Source: Nitrososphaerota archaeon
Lineage (GTDB): Archaea > Thermoproteota > Nitrososphaeria > Conexivisphaerales > UBA164
Assembly (NCBI GenBank): GCA_029786595.1
Contig: JAFLXO010000003.1
Span: 4,990 to 68,989, forward strand
Reading direction: 5' to 3'
DNA: 64,000 nt
The notes beneath the pieces were generated by a model. The model was given only the letters and a program-made list of their open reading frames with translations. It ran no database searches and was not told where the DNA came from. Shown piece after piece: positions 61,307 to 64,000 of the stretch (the first letter of the stretch is position 1; every line of letters starts with the position of its first letter). A program made the translations under genes and the position numbers.

Positions 61307-61706
61307 TACAAATCTTACATATCATCATAATGTCATCAGTGCTCGCAAGTGTTACATGCTGCTCCTGGAGCATACGTTTAGCAGCCGCTATATGGGGACA
61401 TATGTTTAGTCCGTATTCTTCTTGTTCTGGATAATCCTGGCCTTGGGCCTGGTCGTCTATGGTGATTTCAATCTTATCATGCGCTCGTAGATCAATTTCA
61501 TGGTCTTTACACCAGGCGATTATTACGGGCGTGGCGTCGTTAGTTGACCTCCCTTCCCGGCTCCATCTATACCCTATCGCAGTATTGGGACATGGGACCA
61601 TAGCGTGACCAAGATCAGTTTTAGCCCTGGCTACCCCTGAGCACATCAGTTTTTGCTCATGGATCAAATTCAATATCAGTTTGTCTAGTTGCTCCATCTT
61701 AATCAC
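61281..61706 (-). CDS. Cys-containing hypothetical protein, first gene of the cassette
   Basis: 141 aa. It ends ..CKICNDGGVIIG. Its 3' end overlaps the JAB start. Confidence 0.5.
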   Translation of the reverse strand: MIKMEQLDKLILNLIHEQKLMCSGVARAKTDLGHAMVPCPNTAIGYRWSREGRSTNDATPVIIAWCKDHEIDLRAHDKIEITIDDQAQGQDYPEQEEYGLNICPHIAAAKRMLQEQHVTLASTDDIMMICKICNDGGVIIG

Positions 61707-61777
61707 CTCATCTAGGGGTTAAAGACTGACAGACGCCTGGCAGAGACGTTTGGTTTACAGATTTGGGCAGAGAGGCC

Positions 61778-62383
61778 CTAGGTTAACCTTATCTCATCTA
61801 AAGTGAGGACTGGGTACTCTCTGAACTCTGGGAGCAGGTTCTTGCCATATATCAGTCGGGAAAACGCTTCTGCTTCGATACGGACCCCGTTGAGCGCCTT
61901 ATGGGGCTTTGCTTCTGCCGGCAACCCAAGAATGCCCATGATCTTGTCAGAGTTTAACGGGAGTTTCCGATCTTCGGTAGGAGGCAGGAGGCCTTTCCTC
62001 ATGAGCGCTGCGACCATCATGCTGTGGAGATCAACGAGGCGGTAGCCGAAGGGGTAGGCGATGCCTGCCCGCTTGAAGCTCGCCCTGAGCATATCGTCAT
62101 CGAAATGGGGGTTCTCTCCAGCGACTACCAAGACCTTCACGCTGCCAAGCCACCTGTCTAGCTTGCTAATGCCCTCTTTGAAACTGATTGGTCTGAGATA
62201 AAGGGTTTCTTTGTCGGCGCCGTTGAACGTAAGAGAATACTCATTGATTACGGCACCCTCGAAGGGCTGGAATTCGCATACGAACTGGTTCTCCGGATTG
62301 GTGAAGTCCATTCCGGCAATTTCTATTGGGGAGTTGACCGTCGCGTCTACCCCTGTCGTTTCAACATCTATCACTGTGAACAT
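61778..62383 (-). CDS. DEDD-family 3'-5' exonuclease (DnaQ-like)
   Basis: ExoI is FTVIDVETTG, ExoII is GENPHFDDDML and ExoIII is HKALNGVRIEAEAF. Confidence 0.7.
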   Translation of the reverse strand: MFTVIDVETTGVDATVNSPIEIAGMDFTNPENQFVCEFQPFEGAVINEYSLTFNGADKETLYLRPISFKEGISKLDRWLGSVKVLVVAGENPHFDDDMLRASFKRAGIAYPFGYRLVDLHSMMVAALMRKGLLPPTEDRKLPLNSDKIMGILGLPAEAKPHKALNGVRIEAEAFSRLIYGKNLLPEFREYPVLTLDEIRLT

Positions 62384-63048
62384 GGTGTAAAACCTCCTTT
62401 GTTAACAACCGGTCCAGAATGAGCTTGACTCGACGCTCCGGTCTTGGATTCGACCAACGTCAACATGTATTCCTCTGTGAGCCTTGAAAGGTCACCAAAG
62501 GCTGATATCTCTCCATCAGTATATCCCGCATAACCCAAGAAAAGACGGTTCATCTTCTGGAGCACGGGATCTGGATGGTTAGACACCAACCTATCAACGC
62601 CGTCTTCTGTCAGTGAAGACAGATCTATGTCCGCTATTTCGGTTTCCGAATACCCACCGACCCTCAGTCGATACCTGCTGATCTCTTGGGTTGTCCGGTT
62701 GGCATTACTATCTAAATATTTTGAATATTTCTTGGGTTCGACCTGGCCTTCAAATACCGGGAGGTTCCGGTTGTTGCAGGGTGAACAGAGGAACCCCCTT
62801 ACCACCCCCGTCTTGTGATCGTGGTCGACATGGAACCTCCCAAGAGGGACGCGGCAGATCGCACATTTCCAATTTTGGTATTCGAGACGTTCGAATACGT
62901 CATCAACCTCCAACCCGTATTTGTGGAGGTATCTTTGGAGAGAAGAGCAGGGGCTGCAGAAAAACATGTAAATCTTTTTCTGTGATTCATACCAGTTTTG
63001 GCCCGGGATTAACGGGCTCCTACAGCTCTTGCAGAATCTGCTTGCCAT
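62371..63048 (-). CDS. endonuclease VII-type HNH nuclease with N-terminal zinc ribbons
   Basis: CAICRVPLGRFHVDHDHKTGVVRGFLCSPCNN matches the recombination endonuclease VII signature. Confidence 0.75.
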   Translation of the reverse strand: MASRFCKSCRSPLIPGQNWYESQKKIYMFFCSPCSSLQRYLHKYGLEVDDVFERLEYQNWKCAICRVPLGRFHVDHDHKTGVVRGFLCSPCNNRNLPVFEGQVEPKKYSKYLDSNANRTTQEISRYRLRVGGYSETEIADIDLSSLTEDGVDRLVSNHPDPVLQKMNRLFLGYAGYTDGEISAFGDLSRLTEEYMLTLVESKTGASSQAHSGPVVNKGGFTPCSQ

Positions 63049-63152
63049 TGACTTATCACCTGGTTTGACTATATTTTCACAAACTGCCTCTCAATCTCAG
63101 GACTCGTCCTGGGCCCTGCCCTGGTGCCTCTCTGCAGCCAGTCTAAATGATC

Positions 63153-64000
63153 CTATTTTGACATCTTCTTGGTCTGTAGCTTGTACATTTCGATGATTTC
63201 ATTGACCGTCGTTGCGTCCTGGGCAGTCTTGTCCTGGCGTATCCGCATGAAGCGGGGGAACCTTAGCGCCAGCCCCGTGTTTTGCCTGATTATGTTGAAC
63301 GCTGCAGTGTACGTCGGCGATAGCGTTATCTCAGAAGCTACCACCTCCATCACGACGGTTGGTTCTACCCAGACATCGGGGGTCATACCAGACTCGACAT
63401 CATTGGGTTTTGACTGGACGGGGTGTAGAAGTTTAGGAGTTTCCTCAAGATCCTGGTCTGTGAAACCGGTGCCGATCTTGGTAACACCAATATACTGATT
63501 CTTCTCTAGGTCGATGGCCCCCAGGAGATACGCCCCAAACGTCCCTGCCCGCTTCCCCTTCCCATGGAACCCACCGAGCACGACCAGATCCATTGAATCT
63601 ACCTGGGACGTGTTATATTCACGCTTCAACTTTATCCAGCCGAACCCCCTGGCTCCTGGTGTGTATGCGGCGCCGAGTTGCTTTATCATTAGCCCTTCAC
63701 CACCAGCTGCCAATGATTTGAGCATGAACCCTTCAACCTCAGCCGGGTCGTCAGTGATCAGTTGTGGCATCAACATGGTGCCCCTGCTGGCTGTAATGAT
63801 ATATTCCAGTATCTCCCTTCGCTCAAAGTAGGGCTTGGTCATCACGACAGCGCCGTTTACCAACAGCACGTCGAAAAAGTTCAGGGTCACTGGGTATTTT
63901 GCTGCCGCCTCTTTGATGTTATATTTGCGCCTGCGGTGCATCAGCTCCTGGAAGGGGAGGTACTTCCCATCATTGTCGACAGCAACACATTCAGCTTCGA
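63153..64000 (-). CDS. lig: ATP-dependent DNA ligase (Lig1-like), N-terminal part beyond the right edge
   Basis: Motifs are IV EGLMIK, V GWIKLKREY and VI LRFPRFMRIRQDK. The frame stays open upstream of the track Met to position 64000 (..EAECVAVDNDGKYLPFQELMHRR, the motif III/IIIa region). Confidence 0.85.
   Translation of the reverse strand, partial: EAECVAVDNDGKYLPFQELMHRRRKYNIKEAAAKYPVTLNFFDVLLVNGAVVMTKPYFERREILEYIITASRGTMLMPQLITDDPAEVEGFMLKSLAAGGEGLMIKQLGAAYTPGARGFGWIKLKREYNTSQVDSMDLVVLGGFHGKGKRAGTFGAYLLGAIDLEKNQYIGVTKIGTGFTDQDLEETPKLLHPVQSKPNDVESGMTPDVWVEPTVVMEVVASEITLSPTYTAAFNIIRQNTGLALRFPRFMRIRQDKTAQDATTVNEIIEMYKLQTKKMSK

Noticed and set aside
1-64000. CRISPR arrays, rRNA genes, integrases, transposases, terminase, major capsid or portal genes
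   Set aside because: I scanned spacers and translations and saw no regularly spaced direct repeats and no diagnostic motifs. Structural genes may exist among the hypotheticals but cannot be supported from sequence inspection alone.

Overview
This is an archaeal-type, gene-dense window. It looks like part of a large virus, provirus or other extrachromosomal element rather than core chromosome. About 100 tightly packed genes, often with ATGA start/stop overlaps, lie almost entirely on the minus strand. GAGGTG-like ribosome-binding motifs are common, and most products have no recognisable function.

Recognisable genes:
- Transcription and translation: TFB and a class II tRNA-Leu(UAA).
- Nucleotide metabolism: an archaeal-type UMP kinase, a ThyA-fold enzyme with an Asn->Asp change in its pyrimidine pocket, and a dNTP-pyrophosphohydrolase-like protein.
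- Replication and repair: an AEP primase-polymerase-like protein, an ATP-dependent DNA ligase (partial), an endonuclease VII/HNH and a DEDD exonuclease.
- RNA end chemistry: three RNA-ligase-like nucleotidyltransferases, a DHH phosphoesterase, a CX5R phosphatase and a HEPN-like protein.
- Two MoxR-AAA+/VWA modules.

Four things stand out:
1. A paralog family of about 21 members takes up roughly a quarter of the window. Members share a C-terminal helix-turn-helix-like 'AL tail', and many also share an N-terminal core.
2. A compact JAB - E1(ThiF)-like - E2-like - E2-like cassette is operonically joined to a GG-tailed protein and a MoxR/VWA pair. A second orphan JAB paralog lies elsewhere.
3. One family member is split by a G+C-rich insertion of about 1.4 kb. 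The insertion carries the only credible plus-strand genes, a ribbon-helix-helix protein and a membrane protein.
4. There are several smaller paralog sets and unusually long structured spacers.

I recognised no CRISPR array, rRNA, integrase, transposase, capsid or terminase. All functional calls rest on motifs read by eye from the translations and need profile or structure searches to confirm.
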